In this document: piece by piece, positions 22,673 to 33,123 of the stretch
How the letters are laid out: the number at the start of each line of letters is the position of its first letter
Position numbering within the stretch: the stretch's first letter is position 1
Origin: Longimicrobiales bacterium
Lineage (GTDB): Bacteria > Gemmatimonadota > Gemmatimonadetes > Longimicrobiales > Gaopeijiaceae
Assembly: GCA_965226375.1 (NCBI GenBank)
Contig: CBDDCX010000008.1
Location: 1,472,001 to 1,536,000 of the forward strand
Reading direction: 5' to 3'
DNA length: 64,000 nucleotides
Program-made: the position numbers and the translations under genes
The notes under the pieces: model-generated
Databases searched by the model: none
What the model was told of the DNA's origin: nothing
What the model saw: the letters and a program-made list of their open reading frames with translations, nothing else

Positions 22673-23659
22673 ATGAGCGAACCGGTCCCCAGCGACGAGC
22701 TTACCCTCACGCGCGAAGACTTCGAGCGCGCTCGCGCCGTCATCGCACCTTATGTGTACCACACACCCATGCTCACGTCCCGTTCCCTGAGTGAGGCTAC
22801 GGGATTCGATATCCGGCTCAAGGCGGAGCTATTCCAGAGGGGCGGGGCCTACAAGGTGCGGGGTCCCATGAACAAGATCTCCCACCTGTCCGACGAGGAG
22901 CGGGCCCGCGGGGTCATCTGCTCATCGGCGGGCAACCACTCACAAGGGGTCGCCATCGCTGCTCGACAGTACGGGGTTCAGGCCGTCGTGGTGATGGCCG
23001 AAAACGCTACGCCGTCCAAGATCGCTGCCACGGAGGGCTACGGCGCTGAGGTAATTCTACACGGACAGATCTGGGACGAGGCGAACGAGAAGGCCCTCGA
23101 GTTGGTCGCGGAGCGCGGACTCACCTACATCCATCCGTTCGACGATCCGGATCTCATCGCCGGCCAGGGCACCGTCGGTCTAGAGATCATGGACGACTTT
23201 CCCGAAGTCGAGGTCGTTGTCGTACCCATCGGAGGCGGCGGGCTGATCTCCGGGATCTCCATGGCGGTTAAGAGCATCAACCCCGCGGTTCGGGTCATCG
23301 GAGTCGAGTCCTCCGGCGCACCGGCCATGAAGCGCAGTGTCGAGGCCGGCCACCGCATCACGCTCGACGAAGTGGACTGCGTGATCGACGGGCTCCGCGT
23401 GAAACGAGTGGGGGAGCACACCCATTCGGTCGTCTCGCGTTTCGTGGACGAGATCGTGACGCTGCCCGACGAGCAGATCTTCGATGCGGTTCTGTGGGTG
23501 ATGGCGCGAGCGAAACTGGTGCCCGAGGGTGCGGCGGCGGCGCCAGTGGGGGCCCTGTTGCAGGGGCTGATCGATGCGCCGCCGAACACCAAGGTCGTGG
23601 CGGTATTGAGTGGCGGGAATCTCGACGTCGAGCAGCTGCGCGGACTGAGCTGGAATTGA
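22673..23659 (+). CDS. Threonine/serine dehydratase (PLP, short form without ACT domain)
   Basis: LKAELFQRGGAYKVRG, SAGNHSQG, HPFDD, GQGTVGLE, PIGGGGLISG, LSGGN. Confidence 0.9.
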   Translation: MSEPVPSDELTLTREDFERARAVIAPYVYHTPMLTSRSLSEATGFDIRLKAELFQRGGAYKVRGPMNKISHLSDEERARGVICSSAGNHSQGVAIAARQYGVQAVVVMAENATPSKIAATEGYGAEVILHGQIWDEANEKALELVAERGLTYIHPFDDPDLIAGQGTVGLEIMDDFPEVEVVVVPIGGGGLISGISMAVKSINPAVRVIGVESSGAPAMKRSVEAGHRITLDEVDCVIDGLRVKRVGEHTHSVVSRFVDEIVTLPDEQIFDAVLWVMARAKLVPEGAAAAPVGALLQGLIDAPPNTKVVAVLSGGNLDVEQLRGLSWN

Positions 23660-25002
23660 ACACGGCGCAGCCGGCGGAGGGCCGTCCGCGGGAGCTCTTC
23701 GGAAGCCGGGCCGGGTTCGTGATGGCGGCTGTGGGCAGTGCGGTCGGGCCCGGCAACATGTGGCGATTCTCGTACCGGACCGCCGAGGGTGGCGGTGCGG
23801 CGTTCGTGCTGCTGTACCTCGGGATGACCCTCCTCATCGGCGTGCCGATGATGATGGCCGAGTGCGGGGTCGGACGTAGGGCACGACTCTCGTCGGTGGG
23901 TGCCTTGCGCACGATCGGAGGCCCGGCGTGGGTCCCGCTAGGGTACCTCTTCGTACTCACGTCGCTACTGATCGTGGCGTACGTGTCGGTCATCACGGGC
24001 TGGACGATTCGCTACGCTCTGGACGGAGTCGTCACGGGTTATTCGGCCACACCCGGGGCCCGGTATGCCGAAGTCTCGGTCGGATCGTCCGCGATCCTCT
24101 ATCACATCCTCATCATGGGCGTGACCACAGGCATCGTCCTGCTGGGAGTCAAGAAGGGGATCGCGAGGGCCAGCGTGGTCCTGATGCCCATCCTATTCCT
24201 GATTCTGATCTCTCTCGCAGTGTGGGCGGCCACTCTCGAGGGAGCTGGGCCGGGGTACGCGTTCTACCTCACACCCTCGGTGAGTTCGCTGATGGATCCG
24301 CTCGTCATCCAGGGGGCGGCGAGCCAGGCCTTTTTCTCACTGAGCGTCGGCATGGGCATCATGTTGACCTACGGCTCCTACCTGTCGGGCAGTGAGAATC
24401 TGGGCCGGGAAGCACTGATCGTGTCCATGGCCGATTTCGCCGTCGCGTTCATCGCGGGGCTGGTGGTGTTCCCGGTGATCTTCGCACTGGGGTTAACGGG
24501 TGACATGACGGAGAGCACGATCGGTACCCTCTTCATTTCGCTACCCGGCGCGTTCAGAGAGATGGGCGCCATAGGGAGGGTGGTAGGGGTATCGTTCTTC
24601 GTGGCGTTGGCCTTGGCGTCCATCACGTCGACGGTCTCACTGCTCGAGGTGGTAACCGCGGTAGGGATCGACGAGTTCAAGCTGACCCGACGGACCGCCG
24701 CGCTCCTGGCGGGAACGCTAGCAGCGGGAATCGGCGTATTCGCCGCCATATCTGGTGATGTATTCGGGGTGCTCGACAAGATCGCCGGAGAGTTTTTCGT
24801 GATCGTCGGCGTGCTGGGAATGTCGCTGTTCTTTGGATGGCGAGTTACGGATCCGGCCCGTTCTGTCACGGACGGCGCCTCTCCGTTGATCGCTCGCTCG
24901 CTCCCGGCGTTGGTGTTCGTGATCCGGTACCTGATCCCGCCGGTTCTGGCCTTCATGGCCTGGGTGGCCTTCCGCGACATGGTGGCCACCCTAGTTGGCT
25001 GA
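23656..25002 (+). CDS. Sodium-dependent transporter, NSS/SNF family
   Basis: GSAVGPGNMWRFSY, GGGAAF, QAFFSLSVGMG, TYGSY; about 11-12 TM segments. Confidence 0.9.
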   Translation: MNTAQPAEGRPRELFGSRAGFVMAAVGSAVGPGNMWRFSYRTAEGGGAAFVLLYLGMTLLIGVPMMMAECGVGRRARLSSVGALRTIGGPAWVPLGYLFVLTSLLIVAYVSVITGWTIRYALDGVVTGYSATPGARYAEVSVGSSAILYHILIMGVTTGIVLLGVKKGIARASVVLMPILFLILISLAVWAATLEGAGPGYAFYLTPSVSSLMDPLVIQGAASQAFFSLSVGMGIMLTYGSYLSGSENLGREALIVSMADFAVAFIAGLVVFPVIFALGLTGDMTESTIGTLFISLPGAFREMGAIGRVVGVSFFVALALASITSTVSLLEVVTAVGIDEFKLTRRTAALLAGTLAAGIGVFAAISGDVFGVLDKIAGEFFVIVGVLGMSLFFGWRVTDPARSVTDGASPLIARSLPALVFVIRYLIPPVLAFMAWVAFRDMVATLVG

Positions 25003-25072
25003 GACTACTCGGCTCGAGAACGCCGGGAGAACCCTTGAAAACGCGGGGGGCCAACCGAGCCGGCCCGGAACG

Positions 25073-25318
25073 CTATTCCCTCCCCAACCGCTCCTCGATA
25101 CGCCCCAAGCGGCGAGCCATGCTGATGAGCCAACCTAGAACCAGCAACCAGGCCACGGCGTAGGCGGTGAAGACATGCCAATAGGGCCGGCCGAGAGTCT
25201 GCTGCCCGATGGTGCGGGCTGCCTCCTGCGCGGAAAGCGTCGTCGGGCTCGTATGGATGACCAGAAGCGCTAGCCCGATCACCAGAAAGAGCCGGGCATA
25301 TCGTGTGCGTTGCTTCAT
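25073..25318 (-). CDS. ccmD: CcmD-like heme exporter subunit with N-terminal extension
   Basis: YWHVFTAYAVAWLLVLGWLISMARRLGRIEERL, immediately after ccmC. Confidence 0.65.
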   Translation of the reverse strand: MKQRTRYARLFLVIGLALLVIHTSPTTLSAQEAARTIGQQTLGRPYWHVFTAYAVAWLLVLGWLISMARRLGRIEERLGRE

Positions 25319-26028
25319 GAGACTTGCACTCCGTGGGCAGGTCCCGGGGTCGCCTCTCGCAGGGCCAACTCGCGCTCGAGAAACTCCACGGTGTAACGCG
25401 CCAGGAACAATGCGAAAAAAATGAAAGTGTAGGCCAGCAGTCCCACCATCAGCGTCCACAACATGGCAGCGTCCAGATTGGGCCCATCGGGCCGCATCAC
25501 CACCGCCTCCGGGTGAAGTGAGCGCAGCCAGCTCACGCTGATGTGGATGAGCGGGATGTCCAGTATGCCGATGATTCCGATCACGGCCGCAAGGCGCTTG
25601 CCCTGCTCGGGGTTGACCGTGCTCTTCCGCACGAGAAAATACCCCAGGTAGATGAACCACAGCAGGAGCGCCAGCGTGAGCCTCGGCTCCCACGTCCACC
25701 ACGCTCCCCAGGCGACCCTGGCCCACAAGGGACCGGTCAGGAGGCCGATGGTGCAGAAGACCATTCCGCCTTCGGCGGCGGCGACGGCGGCCATGTCCAG
25801 GCGCTCATCCCCCAACCACAGATAGACCGCGCTGCACAGAGCGACGATCCCGAACGCCGTAAAGGTGATCCACCAAGCGGGCACGTGAATGTAGAAAATC
25901 CGTTGGACGATGCCTTGAAAGGATTCGGTGGGTACCCAGAAGAACACCATCGCGTGCAAGATCACGATCGTTACAACGCCGAGCGTGCCGAGCCCGAGGA
26001 CCCCCCACCCGATTCGTTTGAGGTTCAT
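25315..26028 (-). CDS. ccmC: Heme chaperone-loading protein CcmC
   Basis: RIFYIHVPAWW, TGPLWARVAWGAWWTWEPRLT, SLHP. Confidence 0.93.
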   Translation of the reverse strand: MNLKRIGWGVLGLGTLGVVTIVILHAMVFFWVPTESFQGIVQRIFYIHVPAWWITFTAFGIVALCSAVYLWLGDERLDMAAVAAAEGGMVFCTIGLLTGPLWARVAWGAWWTWEPRLTLALLLWFIYLGYFLVRKSTVNPEQGKRLAAVIGIIGILDIPLIHISVSWLRSLHPEAVVMRPDGPNLDAAMLWTLMVGLLAYTFIFFALFLARYTVEFLERELALREATPGPAHGVQVS

Positions 26029-26043
26029 TCGGTAAGACCCCTT

Positions 26044-26721
26044 CTATTCTTCGATCACGAAACGAAACAACCCTGCCCCCGCGATCAAGAACACGAGAGC
26101 GAACGCAGCCAACATCCGTATGCTTCCGTTTACTTCGACCACGGGCCGCCCCGCGAACAGGCGACCCGTGGCCGTGGTTCCAAAGATGACCACCGGCACC
26201 ACGAGAGGGAAAACCAGGACCGGAAGCAAGCTCTCTCCCATGGTGGTTCTGGTCGCCACGGCGCTGAGGAGGGTCGTGAGCGCCACGAAGCCCAGCACAC
26301 CCAAGCCGACCACTGCAGTCAGGGCCACCGGGTTCCCGGAGAACCGTAGATTGAAAAAGGCTCCGAACGCCACGAACACCAATCCGACGATGATCGTGAG
26401 CAAGATGAAATTCGCGAGGACCTTACCCAAAAACAGCGCGTCCAACGGGATGGGGCTCTGAAGAAGTCCGGAGAGCGCCCCGTCTTCCTGCTCCAACTGG
26501 AAGGTGCGCCCCATACCCAACATCCCGCCGAACAGTATGGTCATCCAGATCAACCCTGCCGCGATGGCCTGAGGCCGCACCTGAGCGGTGTCGATGGAAT
26601 AGTTGAAGAGAACACCCACGAGCACCGCGAAGGCGCCCATCGCCGCCAACCGCTCGTGGGTCCGCATCTCGATCATCAGATCCTTGCGTGCGATGGTCCA
26701 GATCAGGCGAAGATAGCGCAT
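26044..26721 (-). CDS. ccmB: Heme exporter permease CcmB
   Basis: KDLMIEMR, FQLEQEDGAL, LLPVLVFPLVVPVVI. Confidence 0.92.
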   Translation of the reverse strand: MRYLRLIWTIARKDLMIEMRTHERLAAMGAFAVLVGVLFNYSIDTAQVRPQAIAAGLIWMTILFGGMLGMGRTFQLEQEDGALSGLLQSPIPLDALFLGKVLANFILLTIIVGLVFVAFGAFFNLRFSGNPVALTAVVGLGVLGFVALTTLLSAVATRTTMGESLLPVLVFPLVVPVVIFGTTATGRLFAGRPVVEVNGSIRMLAAFALVFLIAGAGLFRFVIEE

Positions 26722-27434
26722 CAGTCGGCGGCCTCGACGGTCTCCCGGTAGAATCTCTCGAACCCCTCGGACTCCCAGTCTCGCCGGTCCAACAGCGACA
26801 GGAAACGTCCACGGCATTGAATGGCGATCCGATCCGCCATCTCCAAACCCTGTCCGAGGTTGTGCGTGACCAGAACGACGGTGCGACTCCCATCCTTCAG
26901 AGAGGCGAGCTGATCGCGAAGGATACCCGCCGCGTGGGCGTCGAGTCCCGTATACGGCTCGTCGAGCAGAACGACTTCCGGGTCGTGTAGAAGGGCCCGC
27001 GCCAAGGCTACTCTCTGCTTCAGGCCCCGGGAGAGGTCACGGACGGGAGTCGTCGCGCGGTCCGTCAGTCCGACCGCATCGAGTCTCTCGTGGATCCGGT
27101 CGTGAAGATTATCCAGACCAAAAAGGTGTCCGTAGAAACGCAAATTCTCTTCGACCGAGAGCTGTCCGTACAGCAAGCTCTGATGCGAGACCACACCCAC
27201 GCGGCTACGCCACTGTCGCTCGGCGATGTCCGCCGGCTCACCCGCCACTCGCACGTCCCCCGCCGTGGGCCTGAGCGTGCCCGCAAGCATGCGGAGAAGG
27301 GTCGTCTTGCCGGCTCCGTTAGGGCCGAACACCGTCAGGAGCTGGCCGGGAGCGAGCCGGAAGCTGACACCATCGACGGCTCGAAGACCCCCGAACGTAC
27401 GTACGAGTCCCTCGGCCTCCAGGCCGAAAAGCAA
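26721..27434 (-). CDS. ccmA: Heme exporter ATPase CcmA
   Basis: GPNGAGKTT, LSRGLKQR, LLDEP; ccm context. The start is uncertain (TTG 27434 or up to 27497). Confidence 0.88.
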   Translation of the reverse strand: MLFGLEAEGLVRTFGGLRAVDGVSFRLAPGQLLTVFGPNGAGKTTLLRMLAGTLRPTAGDVRVAGEPADIAERQWRSRVGVVSHQSLLYGQLSVEENLRFYGHLFGLDNLHDRIHERLDAVGLTDRATTPVRDLSRGLKQRVALARALLHDPEVVLLDEPYTGLDAHAAGILRDQLASLKDGSRTVVLVTHNLGQGLEMADRIAIQCRGRFLSLLDRRDWESEGFERFYRETVEAAD

Positions 27435-27438
27435 GACG

Positions 27439-27906
27439 CTAGCCGCCCGACGAAGTTTGAGGAACGGCGACCGTGAGGGGATGGCCACAACCGGCACAGA
27501 ATCGGCTCCCTTGCACGTTCACATGCCCGCACTCGGAGCATGTCCGCCCTTCGGCCAGCCCGCGTCGTGCTCGCTCGATCTCCTCCTCCAGAAGATTCTC
27601 CGCTAACCCAGCCGGATCGGACGGCTGACTCTCAACGGCCTGAGCCTTCGCTTCCTCCATGGCCTCCAGGGCCTCGCGAGACATCTCGGCCTTGAGTTCA
27701 CGGTAGTCGTCCTCGTCGAGCTTGCCGGACCGGTAGTCGTACTCGGCGTCACGGAGACCCTTCAGGGCCACGCGCTTTCGCGCATCGACTTCGGTGGGTT
27801 CCTGATCCGTGCGTTGAAAGGAAGCACTTTCACCGCGCAGGATCGGTATCAGGAGAAAGAGCACAACCCCGATGGTGAGCAGCGCCGCCCCAAGGACGAG
27901 CCCCAT
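27439..27906 (-). CDS. CcmI-N-like membrane protein with C-terminal zinc ribbon
   Basis: TM segment, LRDAEYDYRSGKLDEDDYREL, CSECG...FCAGCG. Confidence 0.75.
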   Translation of the reverse strand: MGLVLGAALLTIGVVLFLLIPILRGESASFQRTDQEPTEVDARKRVALKGLRDAEYDYRSGKLDEDDYRELKAEMSREALEAMEEAKAQAVESQPSDPAGLAENLLEEEIERARRGLAEGRTCSECGHVNVQGSRFCAGCGHPLTVAVPQTSSGG

Positions 27907-27914
27907 GCCGGTCA

Positions 27915-29963
27915 CTACACCCCGACCGGTACGGCCGGTGCACGCTCCTCTGCGGAGCGCCGCGGTGCGGGCGTTACCGACGCTTTGGAAGGCCACATGG
28001 CGATGAGGCTACCCAGGGTCAGGATGAGGCCTCCATACCAAATCCAACCCACCAGGAGGTTGACCTGCACCTCGAACGTAGCCCTCTGGGACGAGGCGTC
28101 ATTCTCGAACGCCCCACCCAGATCCTCCACCCGCTCCAAGATGATGTAGAGATCCTCGAAGAAAGTAGATCGAATCCCGACCTCGGTCACCGGAGACTCC
28201 CATGTGACGTAGAGGCGCTTTTCCGTCGTCAGCGATCCTACCGGCACTCCGTTTCGTTCAACGGTCATGAGGGCCACCGCCTGGCGCAGCATATTCTGCC
28301 CTCGAGGCGACGACAGTCCCTGATAGGTGAGCGTGTACTCGTGACCCAAAGGAGACGCGATGGTCACGGACTCACCGGGATCGAGCGTTTGGGTCACCTC
28401 TCGGTCGAACGCCGCACCCGCGAAGGCGGTGAAGATCATCACCATCCCCACGTGCACGATGTAGCCGCCCCAGCGACGCCGATTTCGCAGAACCAAATGG
28501 ACGAAAGCTCGTGGGATGCCCTCCCCCTCGATGTGGGCTCTCGCTCGTGTGCCCTTCGCGAACTCCACACAGATGATGGTCATCACAAAGGCCGCCACGC
28601 CAAACGTGACGAGTGCCATAGTCTGGCGGGCACCCTGCAAGTAGAGCCCGGCAACCACAACGACCCCGACCACCACCGGCCAGACGAAGTTCTTGATAAG
28701 GTTGCGGCGCGACGCCTTTCGCCAAGCGATGACCGGGCCGATGCCGGTCAGGGCCAGCAGCGCGATTCCAATGGGCAGGTTGACCCGATTGAAGAAGGGC
28801 GGACCCACGGTGATCGCCTGTCCCGTGAGACCTTCGGTGATCAGGGGAAAGAGCGTGCCCCACATGATCGCGAAAGCGGCCCCGAGAAAGATCAGGTTGT
28901 TGAAGAGAAACGCCGATTCCCGGGAGAGGAACGATTGGATCTGGTTCTCACTCTTCAGAAGCGGATAACGCCACGCGATCAACAGCACACAAATCCCTGT
29001 TATCACCCCTAGGAACGTCAGGAAAATGAACGCGATCGTAGTGTTTTCGGCGAACGTGTGCACCGACTCGATGAGGCCCGACCGGGTCAGGAACGTCGCG
29101 AAGATGGTGAGCAGGAACGTGACGCTGACCAGACTCATGTTCCATACCTTCAGCATCCCTCTATTCTCTTGAATCTGGATGGAATGCAAGAAGGCGGTAG
29201 CGGTCAGCCACGGGAGTAGCGACGCGTTCTCGACTGGATCCCAGAACCAGAATCCTCCCCACCCCAGTTCTTCATATGCCCAACGCATCCCAAAAATGAT
29301 GCCGTTGGCGAGGAAGAACCACGAGAGCAGGACCCACCCTCTGGTAATGACGATCCACCTGGCGTCGAGCTTGCCGCTCAGGAGCGCCGCGATAGCGAAC
29401 GCGAACGGTACCGTGAACGCCGTAAAGCCCAGGTAGAGCGTGGGCGGGTGAATGGTCATCCAGTAGTTCTGAAGCTGAGGATTCAGCCCCCTACCATCCG
29501 CCGGAGTGAACGGCAGGCGCTCGAACGGATTCACATCGCCGAACAACAGGACGACGAGAAAGAAGCTCGAAATGCTGAGGAGTACCCCAGCCACATAGGG
29601 CATGAACTCACGATTCTTGTTACGGTTCGTGAAGACCGCGAGGGACGAGAACATCGAGAGCAGCAAGGCCCAAAAGACCAGAGATCCCCGCTGTCCAGCC
29701 CAAAGACCCGACACTTTGAAGAACGTGTCGAGATCACGGTTGGAGTAGTTGGCGACGTACCAATAATCGAAGCGGTCGGTCAGGAAGGCCGTGATGATCC
29801 CGGCGGAGACCAGGATCAGGAGGAAAAAGACCGCGTAGACGCTACGCTCTGAACTGAGAACCAGGTCTCCGCATTGTTTACGTCCGCCCACGAAGCCCAG
29901 GATGGCTCCCCAGAGGCCGACCGGAAGTGCGATCCAGAGAGCGAACTCTCCGAGGATTGTCAC
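27915..29963 (-). CDS. ccmF: Cytochrome c heme lyase CcmF
   Basis: GLNPQLQN, HPPTLYLG, WAYEELGWGGFWFWDPVENASL, SVHTFA. Confidence 0.96.
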   Translation of the reverse strand: MTILGEFALWIALPVGLWGAILGFVGGRKQCGDLVLSSERSVYAVFFLLILVSAGIITAFLTDRFDYWYVANYSNRDLDTFFKVSGLWAGQRGSLVFWALLLSMFSSLAVFTNRNKNREFMPYVAGVLLSISSFFLVVLLFGDVNPFERLPFTPADGRGLNPQLQNYWMTIHPPTLYLGFTAFTVPFAFAIAALLSGKLDARWIVITRGWVLLSWFFLANGIIFGMRWAYEELGWGGFWFWDPVENASLLPWLTATAFLHSIQIQENRGMLKVWNMSLVSVTFLLTIFATFLTRSGLIESVHTFAENTTIAFIFLTFLGVITGICVLLIAWRYPLLKSENQIQSFLSRESAFLFNNLIFLGAAFAIMWGTLFPLITEGLTGQAITVGPPFFNRVNLPIGIALLALTGIGPVIAWRKASRRNLIKNFVWPVVVGVVVVAGLYLQGARQTMALVTFGVAAFVMTIICVEFAKGTRARAHIEGEGIPRAFVHLVLRNRRRWGGYIVHVGMVMIFTAFAGAAFDREVTQTLDPGESVTIASPLGHEYTLTYQGLSSPRGQNMLRQAVALMTVERNGVPVGSLTTEKRLYVTWESPVTEVGIRSTFFEDLYIILERVEDLGGAFENDASSQRATFEVQVNLLVGWIWYGGLILTLGSLIAMWPSKASVTPAPRRSAEERAPAVPVGV

Positions 29964-30388
29964 CCTGCGAGTTCCTCCGGCGTGGCCTCGTATCGGCTAC
30001 CGCACTTGGTCAGAACCAGAGTCGCCTCGAATACTCCGTCCTCACGAAAGCGCCCCTCCACGATAGCATCGACGTTCTCATGATCGTTGAACGTGTCGGG
30101 CAGCATGTCATCGTACTCGACGAGGAAGCTACTCGTTTCGTCCTCCAGGTCGGCGACGTGAAAGCGATGTGGCTGCCCCTCTCGGGCCTGCTCCCAGGAT
30201 CCCGGTACGATGCGGCCGCTCACCTTGACCCCGACCTGATGGAACGTGGGGTCGTCCTTGACCCGAGCAAGAAGCTCGTTGGGTGTGAGGTAGTACAACA
30301 TCGTCTGGCTCACGCCCGTCCACATGAGATACGTGATCACGGTGGCCACGCCAGCTAGACCGATAAAAAATCTGTGGTTCTTTTTCAC
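29960..30388 (-). CDS. ccmE: Heme chaperone CcmE, CxxxY type
   Basis: YYLTPNE, VSGRIVPGS, LPDTF, LTKCGSRY. GTG start has a GAGGGGG SD upstream. Confidence 0.9.
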   Translation of the reverse strand: MKKNHRFFIGLAGVATVITYLMWTGVSQTMLYYLTPNELLARVKDDPTFHQVGVKVSGRIVPGSWEQAREGQPHRFHVADLEDETSSFLVEYDDMLPDTFNDHENVDAIVEGRFREDGVFEATLVLTKCGSRYEATPEELAG

Positions 30389-30517
30389 TTCAGGCCCCCT
30401 CATTGGGGTACGGCGGAGCAACGTACGGCTGCAGCGAATATAGGGCCGACAAGGGGGGCGGCAAAGATTCCACGACCCCCAAAACTCTACTATCAGAGCC
30501 CCTCCTACACCTATATG

Positions 30518-32026
30518 TCACGTAGTGTCCCCTGAATCACTCGCCCACGTCTTGACGGTTCGGACCGCACGGGACCAACCGTCGCGCAGCCGGCTCCGCT
30601 GGGCAGCGTCCATGGCGGGATCGAATCGCTCCCCCTCGCCTTGTGAAGCCAGAAAGTCGCCCGCGGTCGACCAGACGCCTGTCGCCAACCCCGCCAAGCC
30701 GGCCGCTCCAAGGGCGGTGGTCTCGACCAGGGCCGGCCTTCTCACCGGGACCCCCAGGACACCGGCCTGGAACTTCATCAGCCAATCATTGTTCGCCGCC
30801 CCCCCGTCCACCCGAAGCTCGGTCATCGCAACGGAGGAGTCGGCCTCCATGGCGCCGATCAGCTCACAGGTCCCATAAGCCATCGCCTCGAGCGCCGCGC
30901 GCACAAGATGCTCCTTCGACGTGCCGCGTGTCAGTCCAAAGACGGCTCCTCGGGCTTCCGGCACCCAGTGCGGCGCGCCTAAGCCTACGAAAGCCGGTAC
31001 GAAGTACACCCCCTCGTTACCCGTGAGTCCCGAAGCCATCTGCTCCGACTCGGAGGCCTGCTCGAGAACCCCCAAACCATCACGAAGCCACTGCAGGGCG
31101 GCGCCCGCGATGAATACCGAACCCTCGAGCGCATAAGCGAGGCCGCCCCTGGCGTCGCAGGCCGCAGTGGTCAGCAGTCCATGGGAAGAAGGAACGATGT
31201 CCGTTCCCGTATGCATGAGTAGAAAGGCGCCGGTTCCGTATGTGTTCTTGGCCAGCCCCGCCGACCAGCATCCCTGTCCGAAGAGCGCGGCCTGCTGGTC
31301 ACCGGCCACTCCCGCGATCGGCGCCTCGATTCCAAGGACCTCACCTTGGGCCACCCCGAAGTCACCACTGCTGGATCGCACCTCGGGGAGCACCGACTCC
31401 GGAACACCCAGGAGATCCAGGAGCCACGGGTCCCAAGACGACTCGGACAGATTGTAGAGCAACGTCCGGGAGGCGTTGGTGGGATCGGTGGCATGGACCT
31501 CCCCCTGGGTGAGACATGTGATCAGCCACGTGTCTATCGTGCCTGCCGCGAGTTCGCCCGTCTGGGCTCGAGCCAGTAATTCGGGTCGCTCACGAAGAAG
31601 CCACATGAGCTTGGTGCCCGAGAAATACGGGTCCAGCACCAGACCGGTGCGACTCCGCACGTCCGCCTCGTGGCCGGCCTGTTTCAGCTCGGTACAGAGG
31701 TCTACAGTTCGGCGATCCTGCCACACTATGGCTCGGCTCACCGGCTCGAGGGTGTCCCTGTCCCATAGCAACACGGTCTCCCGCTGATTCGTGATGCCGA
31801 TCCCCTGGATGTCCGCCTCCGTCGCGGACTCGAGCGCCTCGCGGGCCACACCGCGCGTGACCTTCCAGATTTCACCGGCATCATGCTCCACCCATCCGGG
31901 CCGAGGGAAGTGCTGGGTGAACTCCGAGTAGGCCCGCCCCAGTATCCGACCCTCATGGGAGATGACCAGGCAGGTCGAGCCCGTCGTGCCCTGGTCGATG
32001 GCCAGGATAGAAGCCGTTTTGCTCAT
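30518..32026 (-). CDS. glpK: Glycerol kinase
   Basis: AIDQGTTGS, ITNQRET, WQDRRT, DPYFSGTK, AGDQQAALFGQ, KNTYGTG, RVDGGA. Confidence 0.97.
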   Translation of the reverse strand: MSKTASILAIDQGTTGSTCLVISHEGRILGRAYSEFTQHFPRPGWVEHDAGEIWKVTRGVAREALESATEADIQGIGITNQRETVLLWDRDTLEPVSRAIVWQDRRTVDLCTELKQAGHEADVRSRTGLVLDPYFSGTKLMWLLRERPELLARAQTGELAAGTIDTWLITCLTQGEVHATDPTNASRTLLYNLSESSWDPWLLDLLGVPESVLPEVRSSSGDFGVAQGEVLGIEAPIAGVAGDQQAALFGQGCWSAGLAKNTYGTGAFLLMHTGTDIVPSSHGLLTTAACDARGGLAYALEGSVFIAGAALQWLRDGLGVLEQASESEQMASGLTGNEGVYFVPAFVGLGAPHWVPEARGAVFGLTRGTSKEHLVRAALEAMAYGTCELIGAMEADSSVAMTELRVDGGAANNDWLMKFQAGVLGVPVRRPALVETTALGAAGLAGLATGVWSTAGDFLASQGEGERFDPAMDAAQRSRLRDGWSRAVRTVKTWASDSGDTT

Positions 32027-32631
32027 GTGTCGACCGACTGGAAACCACCGAAGCGATACTCCCAGCCGCACTCCTCCATGAGGCTCAGGAGAAGGGGAAT
32101 CGGGAGACCCACGACCGTATAGTAGTCGCCCCGAATTTCACTCACCAGCGCGGCTCCAAGTCCCTGAATTCCGTACGCTCCCGCCTTGTCGAGGGGCTCC
32201 CCAGTCCGGACGTACCCGCGGGCGATCTCGGGCCGGAAATCGCGAAAGAGGACCTCGGTCGTGGCCACTCCGCTCCGGACCTGTCCGGAGGGAAGGACCA
32301 GTGCAAGGCCGCTCGCCACCATGTGGCACCGTCCCTGGAGACGGAGGAGCATGGCTACGGCGTCCTCGGGGCCGGTGGGCTTGCCCAGGATTTCTCCGTC
32401 CAACACGACCACGGTGTCGCCGCCTATAACGACCGCGTCGGGTCGCATACGAGCAGCGGCCAGTGCCTTGTTGCGCGACAGACGCTCCACGTGCGCCTCC
32501 GGCGTCTCTCCGACCAGCACGTCCTCCGGAATATGGGTGGGCTCCACCGTGAAGGTCAGGCCCAGCATGGCCAGGTACTCCTTTCGCCGCGGAGAGGCCG
32601 ACGCCAGGACCAGGGGCGGAAGATCGCTCAC
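32023..32631 (-). CDS. maf: Maf-family nucleotide pyrophosphatase
   Basis: [32 protein letters not shown]. Confidence 0.93.
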   Translation of the reverse strand: MSDLPPLVLASASPRRKEYLAMLGLTFTVEPTHIPEDVLVGETPEAHVERLSRNKALAAARMRPDAVVIGGDTVVVLDGEILGKPTGPEDAVAMLLRLQGRCHMVASGLALVLPSGQVRSGVATTEVLFRDFRPEIARGYVRTGEPLDKAGAYGIQGLGAALVSEIRGDYYTVVGLPIPLLLSLMEECGWEYRFGGFQSVDT

Positions 32632-33068
32632 TTCTCGAGCACCAGGGTGACAGGTCCGTCGTTCACGAGGGACACCTCCATCATCGCGCCGAACTCCCCC
32701 GTCGCCACACGCCCGGGAAGCCGGGCCTCGAGGAGCTGTACGAATCCCTCGTAGAGCGGAATGGCGACCTCCGGCGGCGCCGCATGGACAAAGCTGGGAC
32801 GACGCCCCTTCTTCGTGTCGCCGTACAGCGTGAACTGGCTCACGACGAGCAAGGATCCTCCGACCTCCTCCAGGTCGCGGTTCATCTTGCCCTCCGCGTC
32901 GCCGAACACCCGGAGGCCCACGACCTTGTCGGCCATCCACTCGCATTGCTCTGCAGCGTCACCCTCTGTGAACCCGACGAGAAGCAGGTGCCCGATGCCG
33001 ATCTCGCCGACAACCCTTCCGTCCACGACCACCCGGGCCTCACTCACCCGCTGCAGTACCACTCTCAT
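32628..33068 (-). CDS. dtd: D-aminoacyl-tRNA deacylase
   Basis: [26 protein letters not shown]. Confidence 0.96.
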   Translation of the reverse strand: MRVVLQRVSEARVVVDGRVVGEIGIGHLLLVGFTEGDAAEQCEWMADKVVGLRVFGDAEGKMNRDLEEVGGSLLVVSQFTLYGDTKKGRRPSFVHAAPPEVAIPLYEGFVQLLEARLPGRVATGEFGAMMEVSLVNDGPVTLVLEK

Positions 33069-33123
33069 CGAGGCGCCCTTCCCGGCGTGCAGATGTCGCC
33101 GTCGCACACCGAATCCGGAAAAT

